DNA of 63,622 nucleotides, counting the filler, from Chiloscyllium plagiosum (taxonomy: Eukaryota), in assembly GCF_004010195.1 (NCBI RefSeq). It is 3 parts of one record of this genome, joined end to end, with 100 filler letters (N's around TTAATTAATTAA, not from the genome) between each part and the next. Parts side by side here need not be neighbours in the genome. Positions count along the whole stretch, not along the records: positions 1 to 28,990 come from NC_057714.1; 2 more parts are not named here. The stretch is one strand, 5' to 3'. Below the pieces are notes generated by a model. It was given only the letters and a program-made list of their open reading frames with translations. It was not told where the DNA came from and did not search any database. Each line of letters begins with the position of its first letter. The stretch's first letter is position 1. This document shows, piece by piece, positions 13,131-26,815 of this stretch. Made by a program: the position numbers and the translations under genes.

Positions 13131-14129
13131 TGCCCTTTTACATGGTGAAGTGGCCTTTAACTGGGGGTGGGAGAGCCATTTGGTGGGCCCAGGAGTCTTG
13201 TCAGTTGATGAAGAGCCACTGGAGTGAAAACATAACATTGCTTTCTTCCCACAGATGCTGTCAGACCTGATGAGTTTCTCCAGCAGTTACTGTTTTTTGT
13301 CTTGTCTGTTTAGGTCCAGTGTGGAAAAGAGACTGTAAAAAAGGGTATGTGGGTTTGCAATGGTAGAAGGAGACTGCATGGTGGAACGGGAGAGCTTTGA
13401 AGGAGAGACAACAGTTCTGAACCCATCAGCAAATAAATACTGATTTAACAGGGAACCAGGTCAACTTGAAACTACTGAGGCAATGAATTACTTGCAAATG
13501 AATGTGGGATCTTCAGCTCATGGCAGCCTAAGTTCAGGAACTACTACAGGTGGACCAAGTATGGTGGCTGCTATTCCAGTGAGAAATCTGGTAATTGTTA
13601 AGTTTAAGTTTGATTTTGAGCACTAAAATGCAGTAAAAATGATAATAAATGTCTTGTTAAAATGCTCCAGCCTTGCGGGAAAGCATTAGAATCAGATTTG
13701 CGATGCCCCAGCAGTCTGCAGGAGGTATGTTTTGGGTGATGGATTTATTTTGAAAAAGAAAACTTTCATTGGTAACGTATACATGTTGTTTTTATGCTAA
13801 TTTAAATATGGTTGTGTATAGGAAATTAACGTTTTTCTAGTGTGTTGTAGCGATAAGTTTAATGGTGGATTAATGCTTATTGAATATACTGAGTAGTTTT
13901 TCTATTATTGTTTCGATATATCAATATGGACTTGCTCAGCTCACTGGAAAATATGTCAATACAAGTACAGAAGATAGTATGTTGCTGCATCACCTGACAA
14001 CTTAATTAGTGGGAACAGAAAAAGTAGCCTCTGAAAAGCAGAAAGTAGCCCATGGTAAAATGGTAAGAAGAGCCTCAAAGAGTATATATTACTCCAAGAC
14101 CTGGTCATTACCATATTATTATTAATTTT

Positions 14130-14990
14130 GCGTTGTTGACAGTGGGGAAGAAGGTTTTAGGTTTCTGGAAGGTATAAATGAACTGGTCAGGTGGGCAGAT
14201 CAATGGCGCATGATAATTTGATGCTGATAAGCGTGGAATGATACATTATTGTAGAAGTAACAAGACAGGTGAGTATTCACTGGATGGCAGGGCACAAGGA
14301 AGCTCAGAAGAACCTTGGGGGTGCTTGTCCACAGATTCCTGAAGGTGACGGATAGTTAACATAGTAGTTAGGAAGGAATATGGGATATTTGCCTTTCTCA
14401 GTCGAAACATAGATTATAAGAGCAGGGAGGTTATGCTACAGCCGTCAAAGACTTTGGTTAGGCCACAGCTGGAGCATGATGTCTGGTTCTGGACACTGCA
14501 CTATGGGAAGGATATGATTGCATTGAAGGGATGCAGAGGAGATTAATCAGGGATGGAGCACTTTAGCTATAAGAAGAGGCTGCATAAGCTCAAGTTGTTT
14601 TCCTTGGAGCAGACAAGGTTGAGAGGGAATCAGATAGAGTGGTATAAGATTATGAATGACATGGACAGGGTGGATAGAAAGCAACCATTCCCCTTAGTTG
14701 AAAGACCAATCACAAGGGGACAATTTTAAGCTGAAAAGCTGGAGGTTTGGAGGGGATTTGAGGAAAACCTTTTCACCCAGAGGGTGGTAATGCACTGCCT
14801 TGGAGGCTAGTTGAGGCAGGAATCCCCACCACCTTTAAAAATATTTGGATGAAAACTTGAAATGTCATAGCATTGAAGGCTATGGGCCAAGTACGGGAAA
14901 GTGGGACTAGTGCAGATCGAATGTAGCTTTGGCAATATAGACTCAAATGGCGGTGGGACCTCTCCTGTGCAGTATGATTCTATACCCATA
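14130..14990 (+). mobile_element. Decayed CR1 LINE 3' part
   Basis: ttggttaggccacagctggag (LVRPQLE), ttcacccagagggtgg and a CR1-type 3' UTR. Confidence 0.8.
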
Positions 14991-15904
14991 TTCTGTTTAC
15001 CTCTTTACAACCAAAACAACACTTCAGAAAAGTACATTGTTGGTGACAAAGCACTTTCAGACAGCTGGTGGCAGTGAGAAATGCTATATAAATGTCAGTC
15101 ATTCCTTCTGTTTTCCATTTATGTTGTTGAGGCTGTGCAGAATACAGATGACCGCCAAGAAGTTGAATGCCTGCTCTGCTAAATGGTACAGGGGTTCCCC
15201 TTTGAGATTCAGGCTGTGGTAACATTGATATAGCAAACCAGTGCTCTATCATATTTCATGCAGCTTTGATTGTATGTGTGCAATGTCTATCGGGCATTAG
15301 ACCACATGATTCGCTGCCAATGCTCACACTTCATCTGAACATTGAGGGAAAGGATATGTTGGCATTTAAGTTCCAATGTGCAGCAGTGTTGACATGCCTT
15401 GTCCATAGATAAGCTACAAGCTGAGTCAAATGAGGTGTTGGCTCTGCCCACTTGTCTCTGGCAAAAAAGACCCAAATGTAGTTAGTGATGAATGAATAGA
15501 GAACAGCACTGACCTGTCTCATACAGCTGTAGATAACAGACAGTGAGATATTGTAAGTATCTCCAGTTCCAGCCTGGAAGGAACAAAAGAATGATCATGT
15601 CCTCTAGTATTTGCCCTGCTCTGAGGTTGTAATTATGGCTGCACCAGCTTTCTGATATCAGTGAGGATGTTACAGCAGTCCAGGCTTCTCATAATGTTGT
15701 TGAGAGAGACAAGTTGCTTCCTGAACAAATAAAGCCTCCTGTTGGAATCTCTTGCCCCTGACCCCTTCCACCCACTTTTCACAATCTGGCCTACTCTGTG
15801 AGGAGCTCTGTGCATTCTGCATTTCATTCTATATTTTAAGGAAAGTCTCTAGATACACCAATGTTTGGGATCAACTAGGTTTGTACACAAACCTTGACAT
15901 AGAC

Positions 15905-16890
15905 AGTTATTGTTTTTCGGACTCAAGGCCTGTGACCAGAAGTGTGCAACAAGGATTGGTGCTGGTTCCACTGCTTTGCATAATTTATGTAAATGATTTG
16001 GATATGAATATTGGAGGTATGGGTAGTAAGTTTGCAGCTGACGCCAAAATTGGTGGCGTAGTGAACAGTTATTTCAGAGTACAACAGGATGTAATCAGAT
16101 GGATCAATGGGCCAAGGAATGGCTGATGGAGTTTAATTTGGATAAATGTGAGGTGTTGCATTTTGGTGAGGCAAATCACGGCAGGACTTATACAGTTAAT
16201 GATAGGATCCTGGGGAGTGTTGCCAAACAAAGGGGTGCAGTTTCATAGTTCTTTAAAGGTGGAGTCGCAGGTAGATAGGTGTTTGGCACGCTTGCCATCA
16301 TTGGTCAGTGCATTGAGTATAGGGTTGTGATGCATTTTGCAGCTGTATAGGACATTGGTTAGGCCACTTTTGGAACACGGCATTCAATTCTGGTCCCTCT
16401 GCTATCAGAAAAAAGTTGCTCTGAAAAGATTTATAAAGATGTTGCCAGGGTTGGAGGGTTTCAGCTCTAAGGAGAAGCTAAATAGGCTGGGGCTATTTTC
16501 TCTGAAATGTTGGAGGCTGAGGGGTGACCTTATAGAGGTTTATAAAATCATGGGAGAGTAAATAGACAAGATCTTTTCCCCAGGGCAGGGGAGTCCAAAA
16601 CTAGATGGCATAGGTTTAGGGTGAGAGGGGAAAGATGTAAAAAGGACTCGAGGGGCATCGTTTTCACGCAGAAGTTGGGACGTGCATAGAATGAGCTGTT
16701 AAAGGAAGTGATGGATGCTGGTACAATTACAATGTCTGAAAGGCATCTGGATGGGTATATGAATAGGAAGGTTTTAGAAACATATGGACCAAATGCTGGC
16801 AAATGGGGCAAGATTAATTTAGGATATCTGGTCATCATGAATGAGTTGGATCATAGAGTCTGATTCCATGCTGTACATCTCTATGACTCC
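15905..16890 (+). mobile_element. CR1 LINE RT and 3' end
   Basis: Peptides VQQGLVLVPLL, KFAADAKIGG, LYRTLVRPLLE, RLRGDLIEVYKIM. Confidence 0.9.
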
Positions 16891-17567
16891 ATTCAGTCCA
16901 TGAACATCTGCCACACTGCTCATGAAACTAGAAAGCAGCAACCATTTATCGAATTAAACAGTATCCAGAAGAAATAACTAGGAATTAGCCGGCAGTTCTT
17001 AACATTACATTGAAATAACTCAGATGGAGTGTCTGTCCAATCCTTTTATGAAAACCATTAGCTGAAGCACAGCATTATGGGCAACAATCTACATCAGGTG
17101 TTGTCTGCTCCATATATTGTCATTAGTTTTCATTATACATGCAAACACCTTCACCCACATGGCATCCAGCATAACTCATTCCAAAACTGAGTTGGACCAT
17201 CAAAACATGCCTGAATTACCTGAATTTTGTATTGGTCATCTCCAGTTGCAGACATCTTCTGAAACATAACATTGTTAAGGGTCGGTGGGAAGTGGCAGAT
17301 TGGCTCCCCTTCCTTTTATACCTCATTTGACAATAACTCTGAGTGTTGAACTATTTAACTACTTTAACTGTAACATGAATAGAAATGCGTATAAAGTGTG
17401 TATTTCTCAAAGATAAATGAATAGTATTTATTACACTTAGTATCTGATGTAAATAGAAACAATAAAAACTGTCTGACTCTCACATAATTGCATTCAGGAG
17501 TTTGTACATGGACGCACAAGTAAGTTACCTATTGAGTAAATAGGTTAATAGTTTACAATTATTTATT

Positions 17568-17763
17568 GGATAAAAGCAAATTACTGCGGATGCTGGAATC
17601 TGAAACCAAAAGAGAAAATGTTGGAAAATCTCAGCAGGTCTGGCATCATCTGTAAGAAGAGAAAAGAGCTGATGTTTCGAGTCTAACAGCTTTGACAAAG
17701 GGTCAGTTAGACTCGAAATGTCAGCTCTTTTCTCTCCTTACAGATGCTGCCAGACCTGCTGAA
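17568..17763. mobile_element. Fold-back (inverted pair) PLE terminus with a decayed hammerhead
   Basis: Arms about 17631-17688 and 17706-17762 are reverse complements; centre reads AGCT-TTGACAA-A-GGGTCAGTTAGACTC-GAAA-TGTC-AGCT. Confidence 0.8.
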
Positions 17764-18512
17764 GTTATTTATTGATTTGATAGATTGATGCATGGTTTCA
17801 AACTATGCTCAGGGGTCCTCCTGAATTCTGTGATGGAAAGATTTAAAGATTTCAAACAGATTCCTGTTTGGTTCCCAAATATACACCCCTCAGAAAACAC
17901 TGTCACAAACAACCACCCCCCGCCTCTCCAAAATCTGTAAGAATCCCAAATACAAACCCTACACAAAGCTGGCCACCTGCCCTGCAGTCAATCTCCCGAC
18001 TCTGCCACCGTGTCTCAATTGATAGCTTCCTTCACGGCTTCAGAGACCAGATGGGAGTGAAATTCTAGGTTGCAGCACACTGAGAGTTCAGCCTTACGTC
18101 AACCACAATTAACATAATGATCAAAATTTAAAATAACAATTGTAAGAATACCAATGCACCAGGAAAAAAATGCCATAACGCACTACAGTAACTGAGAGTA
18201 AGGGCAGTGCGAGTGGACTGAAGGGTGATGGAGTGAAGCAAGGGGTCAACTTAAGGACAGCACAAAAAGGCTTTGCAGTGCCCTAAGCCCATCCACTGCA
18301 GTCCATCATAATGCCAGAATATCACTGATGGGCACTTATGGTTTCCATCCTGTTACATTCACAAACCCTCCTCATTTTGAAGAAACACGATTTGGGTGAT
18401 TAGTGGTGGTTATCATTTGGTAAGTTTCAACACAGTAGGTGATGGGGTCACCGGTTGGGATGGTGCTGTTGAAGGAGCCTCGTGAATTTCGGCACTCCAT
18501 CTTGTACAGGTC

Positions 18513-18642
18513 GGAGAAAGTGAGGACTGCAGATGCTGGAGATCAGAGTCAAAAAGTGTGGCGTTGGAAAAGCACAGCAGGACAAGCAGCATCCAAGGAG
18601 CAGGAGAGTCAATGTTTCGGGCATAAGCCCTTCATCAGGAAT
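18513..18642 (-). mobile_element. Solo PLE pLTR (variant A)
   Basis: Reverse complement attcCTGATGAagggcttatgcccGAAAcattgac; flanked by atcttgtacag and atcttctacag. Confidence 0.85.
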
Positions 18643-18648
18643 CTTCTA

Positions 18649-18854
18649 CAGATGGTTCTGCTATAGCGCATGTTTCACTAATACAAATTCGCTATAATGC
18701 GATTGGCAAATTGGGGACTGTTTCTGTAGCACAAACTTTAAAGCGTGCATTGGTTATAACACAATTCCTCCCATTAGTTTAAATGGTGCTGCTATTACGC
18801 GATTTTCTTATATTGCACGAGAACAAAACTATCGTGTTATAGCAGAACTGGCTG
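18649..18854. mobile_element. Tc1/mariner-pogo-type MITE
   Basis: TIRs CAGatgGTTCTGCTATAgc and gtTATAGCAGAACtggCTG, flanked by TA on both sides; about 206 bp, no ORF. Confidence 0.75.
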
Positions 18855-19446
18855 TAGATGATAGTACACTGCTGTTACTGTGTGGTGGTGGAAATGTGAT
18901 TATATCTGATCGGCTGTCATCTTCACTTCTGACTTTGTGAAGAAGTAGAGTTCAGCCCCAGGCATTGATAATCCTCTGGAAGAGGGAGGAGCTGGGGAGA
19001 AATAGCAATGATGAACCAGACCTTCAATCTGTGAAGTTAAAATGTATCAAAGGATGGGACAGCAAGATGAAAGAGCAATACAACTTACTTCAGGTGCCTC
19101 AGCATATTGGCAGAGCTTAGTAACACGGGACTAGTGATGTTCCTGCTCATTGCTTGGAGACTGGAGAGTGTGAGAGAGAGGTCATGGGGAGGGAGCAGGT
19201 TGCACAGTGGAGCATGTTCTGGGAGGGCTGTCATGCATCAGGAGTGTCTAGAGATTGTGGCCAATCACTGGGGCTGGTGGAAAGACCTGATACCCCTTTG
19301 GTTTCCAAGAGGGATTGATAAAGCACTTAACCATTGGTCCCAGCAGATTTCATTTTCTTAAGCAGCTGTATTTCCTGAGGACTGAGAAACCTGTTTCAGA
19401 GACAAAAACAATCTCAACAGCTGCTAGGTTCTGAGATACACAGTTA

Positions 19447-19740
19447 CATAGAATCCCTGCAGTGTGAAAGCAGGCCATCTAACCCACACTGACCTTCCAA
19501 AGAGCATGCCACATTGACAAACTATTCCTGTAACCCCACGGCTAACCCACCTAGCCTGTACATCGCTGGACACTACGAGCAACTTAACATGGGCAATTCA
19601 TCTTAACCTGCATATCTTTGGACTGTGAGAGGAAACCCACGCAGAAACAGAGAATGTGCAAGCTCCACACAGTCACCTGAGGGTAGAATTGGACCTGGGT
19701 CCCTGGTGCTGTGAGGCAGCAGTGCTAACCACTGTGCCAC
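19447..19740 (-). mobile_element. HE1-type V-SINE, decayed
   Basis: Reverse complement of the tRNA head (gtggcacagtggttagcactgctgcctcacag) and V-domain. Confidence 0.85.
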
Positions 19741-20089
19741 CTCCCTACATAGTCCGAGGGTGTGGTGCTGGAAAAGTGCAGCTGATCAGGCTTACAGAAG
19801 TCTTCATGAGGTTAACATTTCTTCTCACCACCCCCTTAAAGTCACTCGAATATAATTCTATTCAGAAGCTGTTATAAGTACAGTCTGGGCAAGATTTTCC
19901 CTCTATTTAGGGTTAGGTGATGGCTTCGTGGTATTATCACTAGACTATTAATCCAGAAACTCAGGTTACATTCTGGGGGCCCGGGTTCAATTAACAGTCT
20001 AATGATGTTCATGAATCAACTGTCAGACAAATCCGAAGGAAATCTGCCATTCTTACCAATTGGTTGCCTCTTAACTGCCCTCTGTGTAA

Positions 20090-20403
20090 TTAGATTACTT
20101 ACAGTGTGGAAACAGGCCCTTCGGCCCAACAAGTCCACACCAACCCACTGAAGCGCAACCCACTCAGACCCATTCCCCTACATTTACCCCTTCACCTAAC
20201 TCTACGGACAATTTAGCCTGACCAATTCACCTAACCTGCACATTTTTTGGACAATGGGAGGAAACCGGAGCACCCAGAGGAAACCCACGTAGACACGGGG
20301 AGAGTGTGCAAACTCCACAGAGAGAGTCGCCTGAGGTGGGAATTCAACCTGGGTCTCTGGCACTGTGAGGCAGCAGTGCTAACCACTGTGCCACCATGCT
20401 GCC
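20090..20403 (-). mobile_element. HE1-type V-SINE inserted into an older SINE (about 19915-20470)
   Basis: Near full-length reverse complement of 32404-32714; host SINE tail resumes at about 20405. Confidence 0.9.
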
Positions 20404-21458
20404 AAATTAGGAATGGGCAATAAATGCTGGTCTAGCTAGAGACACCCTCATCCTGTGAATGAATACAAAAAGATTTTCCAATTTATTATGGTTCCAAATC
20501 GGATAACCCAAATTCTTAAGCTCTTGGGTGGGGCTGAATGGACAGTTTCTCCATGTTTATTCACCCGCCCCTCACTTGGTTGTAACAAGACATGTTATAA
20601 AATATCTTCTCAATTGTGGATAGCTTTCTCCTAGACCCAATGGCTTCATGTTTGAAAATTTAATCAGGCTTTCTTGAGTCAATTTAATCAGGCTTTCTTG
20701 AGTTAGGAAAATACTGTGTGTGTTTGTTATTTAATATGAGAAGAAGTAATAATGAAAAATATATGCACAGAGATAAGGAATAGGAAGGGGGTCCAAACAA
20801 AGATGAAAGTTTAAAAAGATATGTCAGTCCGTCTTAGAGTTGATCATGCAGAGTGCATAATAGAATATTGTGACTGCTACAGTGAATGTTACCAGTGGTG
20901 ATTACATTGGTAACTGAACAATCAATTTTGATGTTCTTGACTTTGTAGATTCATAAAACTCTTTTGTCTTGATTCCTTTCAACAGTGATTGGCTGGCAGC
21001 ACTCAGTGAGAGAATCACTGTTTACCTGAAGTGCAAGGGTCTTTAAATGGCGTTTCTCAAAATTGCAACCTTCATAGCAATACTAGTTCCAATGATTGGG
21101 ATGTCAAGTCACGAACATACACAGACCAGGATTGAACTCACTTTTGTATTCTTGATGGTCATACTGCTGTCTTCACTCCCATCATGTTCAAAGTCAGAGA
21201 TAACTCCCCTGAGATTACAGTTCCTTTTGTAGTGCATTTCTTTCTTTTAAGTCCAATCATTTAAAGCTTCTTTGATATCCCATCTGCTGTGGGATACCGG
21301 GATCGCTTTTCCCAGAAAAATACAAACTTTGCTTGTGCACATTAGTTGCATCAGACCTCTGATGAAAGCAAATATTGCAGTTGAAGTTCCATTTTGCCAC
21401 AAGTGATCATGAGTTATGATCTATGGCAGTAATATAGAAACATAGATGATAGGAGGAG

Positions 21459-21560
21459 TTCCTGATGAAGGGCTCCTTGGATGCTGCCTGACCTGCTGTG
21501 CTTTTCCAGCACCACATGCTTGACTCTTACCTCCAGCATCTGCAGTCCTCACTTTCGCCC
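21459..21560 (+). mobile_element. Solo PLE pLTR (variant A), internally deleted
   Basis: ttcctgatgaagggctc joined directly to ggatgctgcctgacctgctgtg. Confidence 0.8.
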
Positions 21561-21779
21561 ATTCGACCCCTCTTGTTTATTCTGCCATTAAATCTGACTG
21601 TTGCTGATCATTGATCTCGACACCCTAATCCTGCCAGCCCCCATATCCCTGATGCCTTTAGCCACAAAAACTATATCTATCTCCTTCTAGGGAAACAAAA
21701 AGTCTCATTAAATTCTTTCCTTCCCACAACAGCAAAGCAACACTGCAATTGTGAAAAACACAGGCTCGGGAGGCTTCTG

Positions 21780-22350
21780 AAATGTTTTTGTGGAGGCACT
21801 GTTGGTCTGGCCTGACCTGGGATTCCTTTAGGTGGCTACGGTAGTGGCCTGAGACTCCTTTCAGTAGCTTCTATGGTGGCCTGGGAGCCCTTTCAGTGGT
21901 TTCGGTGACTGTTGCCATTGGTGTTGGTCTGGGTCTTTTTATGGCAGCTATGATTCCAGATGGTGTTTACTTTAGCATCATGGTAGATCCGGCCCAGGAT
22001 TCCAATGGGGGTTCCTGTCCTCGAGCCCAGCGCATGAGCTGGACTAAATGCGCTTTGTCTTAAATTTTCTTTTTTCAAAAGTTTCTTTTTTTTCTTTATT
22101 ATATTAACGTGAAAGGACTGTTCTACTGAATTTTTATATCTTTATTTTTCTAAATTATCACCATAATTTTGCACTTCTGAAGGTCTGTAAGGCTGGACTT
22201 TTTAATTCTTTATTTTTCTATTTTTTTCCTTAAGCATTTAGACTCAAGGATCTGTACCTTTGGCTCTGAGATGGTGCCAGAAGTGACAATTTGTAAACTT
22301 TTCACAGTATTCATGTAAGTAAATGTGACAATAAAGCGAATTCAGTTCAA
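21780..22350 (+). mobile_element. Non-coding retroposon-like repeat with a LINE-type tail
   Basis: GC-rich body, T-rich stretch, then atggtgccaga..ttttcac.gta..gtgacaataaa; tail shared with 30805-31560. Confidence 0.45.
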
Positions 22351-23829
22351 TTAAAAATTAAACAGAAAGTACAGTTAAGATAACCTTTTCCAGCAGACTT
22401 CATGAAAGGGAGAAAGGATTGCCACTGTTCATCTATAATTCCTGTGATTTACACACATAATCCTGCTTTTGAGCAATCTAATTTGAATTGTAGGGCTTAT
22501 AGACCCCCAGCTTTGTTTCCTTGCATCATTTGCAACACATCTGCAGAATGGTTTGTGCTCGGTATTCCTTGATTACAAGCAGGATGCTGAGTAGACCTGC
22601 AGGTCTGGAACCAATATCAGGAGTAGGTACCCAACACATAGCATCAATATGCTGCTAATAGCTATATTGGCAGTCTCAATACACTCCTCGATCCAAAATC
22701 GAACTATAACACTTCAATTTTGTATTGCAATAACATCTGCTGATTTGAAGTTTCATCTACTACAGGTCCTCTAAGTGTCAGCCCCATTTTCAAAATTGAA
22801 CCTTGCTCTCACCAAGCCCTGCGAGGAAAATAAAACAGCAATGAGTTTCCCTTGAATAGGAGACTCGGTAAATGAAGCATTGGGTGTCGCGCAAACAACT
22901 GTTCTATTATTTCAAACAAGTAACCAATCAAAAGATAAAAGTCCATGCTGTGTACTCTGAGGGAGCAGTCAGTGCTTTATTGCTGAAAGGTCTTTAAATT
23001 AAACACTTATTGATCTGTTTAACATTAGGGAAGGATTGTATGTTTTCACTCACACTGTTTACTCTCTGTAAATTCATTCTGGAGGAGTATTTTCTGATTG
23101 TTTGAAACACTGAGATGAAATGCTCTTTTGAATGTCAAGGTACAAATACAATCTTCTCCTGGGATCCACTGGATCATAACATGGATCTAAGTAAAACTCC
23201 TTTTCAATATTTACTCTTTACAGAATGTGGAACTCAGTACATGATAGAGCTGTTAGGCACCTTGCTTAGATACATTTAGATCTAGATTTTTATTATCATG
23301 TATGCTTGAGTACAGGAATACAGGAGTACAGTGAAAAGTGTACTAAGTCTCCATGCTCCAACACCATCTTAGTATACAAAAAGGCAGGATTAAAAACAGA
23401 AGCAGAAATAAAAGAAACAGCCAAACTTAAAAGGAAATGTCCAGATCCCACCCCGGCCATGAGCCCTTGCCACCAGAAAAACAAAGCTCCCCAAAAAGTC
23501 CATCCTTCAGTCTGTGAGGACTCAGGGATCTGGAAGGAGCATTTGGATAGATTGCTGGGGCTAGATGAAATACGATTGACATCATTACTAGCATAGGCCT
23601 GACTGAGTGGCCTGGTCTTGTGATATAAATATTGTGTTAATACACATGCTTGAAACTGGGTAGGGCTTTTGTGGATAGTTGGGGTTTGTACAGAAAATTC
23701 CAATTCAGTCACAATACATTTCCCCAGCTATTATTTTATTATTCACTGTACTATCATCAGCTCTCTCACTGTTGCACTTATGCAAATAAAAATGGCAAAA
23801 CTATGACAATGTCATCAATTCTATGTAAA

Positions 23830-24884
23830 AGGGGTGGCATGGTGGCTCAGTGGCTAGCACTGCCGCCTCACAGCACCAGGGATCCAGACTTGATTCCTGC
23901 CTTGGTTGACTGTGTGGAGTTTGCACATTCTCCCTGTGTCTGCGTGGGTTTCCTCCTATAATCCACAGGTATGTAGGTCAGGTGAATTGGCCGTGCTAAA
24001 TTACCATAGTGTTAGGTGCAAATATGATGGTATCAGCAATAACATTAGCAAATTTGCTGATGATACAAAGCTGGGTGGCAGGGTGAAATGTGATGAGGAT
24101 GTTAGGAGATTACAGGGTGACCTGGACAAGTTAGGTGAGTGGGCAGATGCAAGGCAGATGCAGTTGAATGTGGATAAATGTATGGTTATCCACTTTGGTG
24201 GCAAGAACAGGAAGGCAGATTACTACCTCAATGGAATCAATTTATGTAAAGGGGCAGTACAAAGAGATCTGGGTGTTCTTGTACACCAGCCAATGAAGGC
24301 AAGCATGCAGGTACAGCAGGTAGTAAAGAAGGCTAATAGCATGCTGGCCTACATAACAAGAGGAATTGAGTATAGAAGCAAAAAAGTGCTTCTGCAGGTG
24401 TACAGGGCCCTGGTGAGACCACACCTGGAGTACTGTGTGCAGCTCTGGTCAGCAGGAAGCATGTTTCCGCTGATGGGTGAGTGCTGAACCAGAGGACACA
24501 GCTTAAAAATACGGGGTAGACCATTTAGGACAGAGGTGAGGGGAAACTTCTTCACCCAGAGAGTGGTGGCTGTGTGGAATGCTCTGCCCCAGAGGGCAGT
24601 GGAGGCCCAGTCTCTGGATTCATTTAAGAAAGAGTTGGATAGAGCTCTCAAAGATAGTGGAATCAAGGGTTATGGAGATAAGGCAGAAATAGGATACTGA
24701 TCAGCCATGATCATATTGAATGGCGGTGCAGGCTCGAGGGGCTGAATGGCCTACTCCTGCACCTATTGTCTATTGTCTATTGTCATAGGGTAGGGGAATG
24801 GGTCTGGGTGAGTTATGTTTCGGAGGGTCGGTGTGAACTTGTTGGGCCGAAGGGCCTGTTTCCGTACTGTAGGGAATGTAATCT
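23830..24884 (+). mobile_element. HE1 SINE (23830-24020 and 24785-24884) split by a CR1 3' fragment (about 24021-24784)
   Basis: SINE head and V-domain, then KFADDTKLGG..LVRPHLEYCVQ with a (ctattgt)n tail, then the SINE 3' half resumes. Confidence 0.9.
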
Positions 24885-25499
24885 AAAAAGGTGCTTCTAT
24901 CAGTTTGACTGAATTTGAATAGCTGCTGTTTTAAAATTTATGAATTAATTTATAGAAAATTGGATCCTTTCTAGCCCAAATTGAAGGAGAACATTTTCCT
25001 GGCCGCCAATCGAAGCATGTGTTAGGCTTGAGCCATGCTTCATGCTGCATTCATTCATTTGGAAATGTTTGGCACTGATACATGGCAGAAGAGCCATATC
25101 TCTCATTTCCAGTTTATACTGGTTGGGGCACAAGGTCATTCCCAGCAGCTCAGATACATTACACTCACATTCATTCAGCTGGACTGCAGACAACTGGTCA
25201 GATCAAATTGTTACAACTCCCAAGTGTGGAAGCCTTTTTGCTTATCAAGGGTAATGAACAGGAATTGACACTAAAATACTCAAATAGAATTGAGCATGCA
25301 GCCGTGTACAGCATTGATTCATTAGGTTAATGCCAGAAATTGGGATGAAATAGTCATGAAATCACTATGTTAGGATTATCTCCACTGGATCAGCAAAGAC
25401 TTTGAGGAAAATAAAGGAAGACTTGCATTTTTATACCATCTTTCATAACCTCAGAACATCACAAATGATGAAGTGCTTTTAAAGTGTTGCGACATTTGG

Positions 25500-25685
25500 A
25501 TGTTATCACTGAAGCACAGCAGCTTCTCATCTCCCAGCTTATACACACTGATTCCTGCCTGACCTGCTGTGCTGTTCCAGCAATAAAGTTTCAACTTTGA
25601 TCTCCAGCATCTGCAGACCTCACTTTCTCCATGTTATAACTGAAGCACAGCAGCTTCTCATCTCCCAGCTTATACACACTGATTC
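25500..25685 (+). repeat. 55-bp direct repeats flanking a 76-bp pLTR fragment
   Basis: 25500-25554 and 25631-25685 differ at one base; 25555-25630 is a pLTR 3' part. Confidence 0.9.
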
Positions 25686-26699
25686 TCTACATTTCTCCTG
25701 GTACCCCCCGGCTTCTGTTGTTGGCCACCTCTGCAGCTTTACCTGGGACCCTGATCGAAGGTAGGAATTATATCTGGAGGCGTTAGGTCCTGGTCACCAA
25801 GTAGTCAGTCTCTGACCTGATGGTATATTTGGAGTAAAGGTGACACAAAGGTGGCATGGACTTAATGCATCAGGATTTCAAGAATTAGATTGTGGGCTAT
25901 CTTCAGTCACAAACAATTTGGACATTGAGAGAATGGAATTCCTGTACTTTCAGAAAGAATCTTGCAGAACATTGGAGGTGCAGTCAGTGGTAATTTGCGT
26001 ATTCTTCAAGTCTAATTCTCTTTGGTCCTGATTCATTCTGTCCATGGGGAAAGATTGAGAGGTTACTCCGAGCATAGCGAAAATTGGAAATTTCCTCGAA
26101 ACAACAATAGAGAGCCTATAACATTCAAACTTTGCAACCTGGGAGGAATGTCACCTGCTGTAGGATGAAAGGATCTTATCACTTTAGCAGTTAACTTGTC
26201 AGCACTACCCAGGCCCTAGTGTGAAGCTGCAGTAAGCTACAGTGCACTTGATCAATCAAAGCTATCTGAGACTTTTATTAATGGGGCCAATTTTAATCCT
26301 GTGTAAGTAAATGGATTTAGAGTCAGTTAAGATCTCGCCATTCATTTCTGATGAAAATTAACACAGGAGCAGTGCTTCCTCTGGGTCTAGCATCCTATGT
26401 AGTGATGTCCATCTTGTTATTCTTCTAAAGGCTGCTGTTCATGCTGTCATCCACAAGTCCGAAGTCACCACAATAAGAACACCTCAGGACTGTGGCAAAC
26501 TATTTCTGAAGCAACATGAAAGAATAAGCCAGTATGAAACAAAACCAAAACAATAGCATCTGTAGGGTGAAACAACATTATTGCTTCTGGTTAACAACTT
26601 TTCAGCAAAATGGTTCCAATATTACTTTGTTATTGAATTAACCTGAATACAATGCATAACTGTTCAATATTGCAAAATTCCGACCGAATGTTAGTCTGG

Positions 26700-26815
26700 G
26701 TTATTAAGTTTGCAGATGACACCAAAATTGGCGGTGCAGTGGACAGCAAAGAAGGTTACCTCAGAGTACAACCGGATCTTGATCAGATGGGCCAAGGGCC
26801 AAGAAGTGGCAGATG
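26700..26815 (+). mobile_element. Short CR1 RT fragment
   Basis: aagtttgcagatgacaccaaaattggcggt encodes KFADDTKIGG. Confidence 0.85.

Noticed and set aside
20657..20703. Short tandem duplications (also about 45887-45919 and 62970-63067)
   Set aside because: Two to three copies of 17-33 bp, consistent with ordinary slippage and with no functional signal
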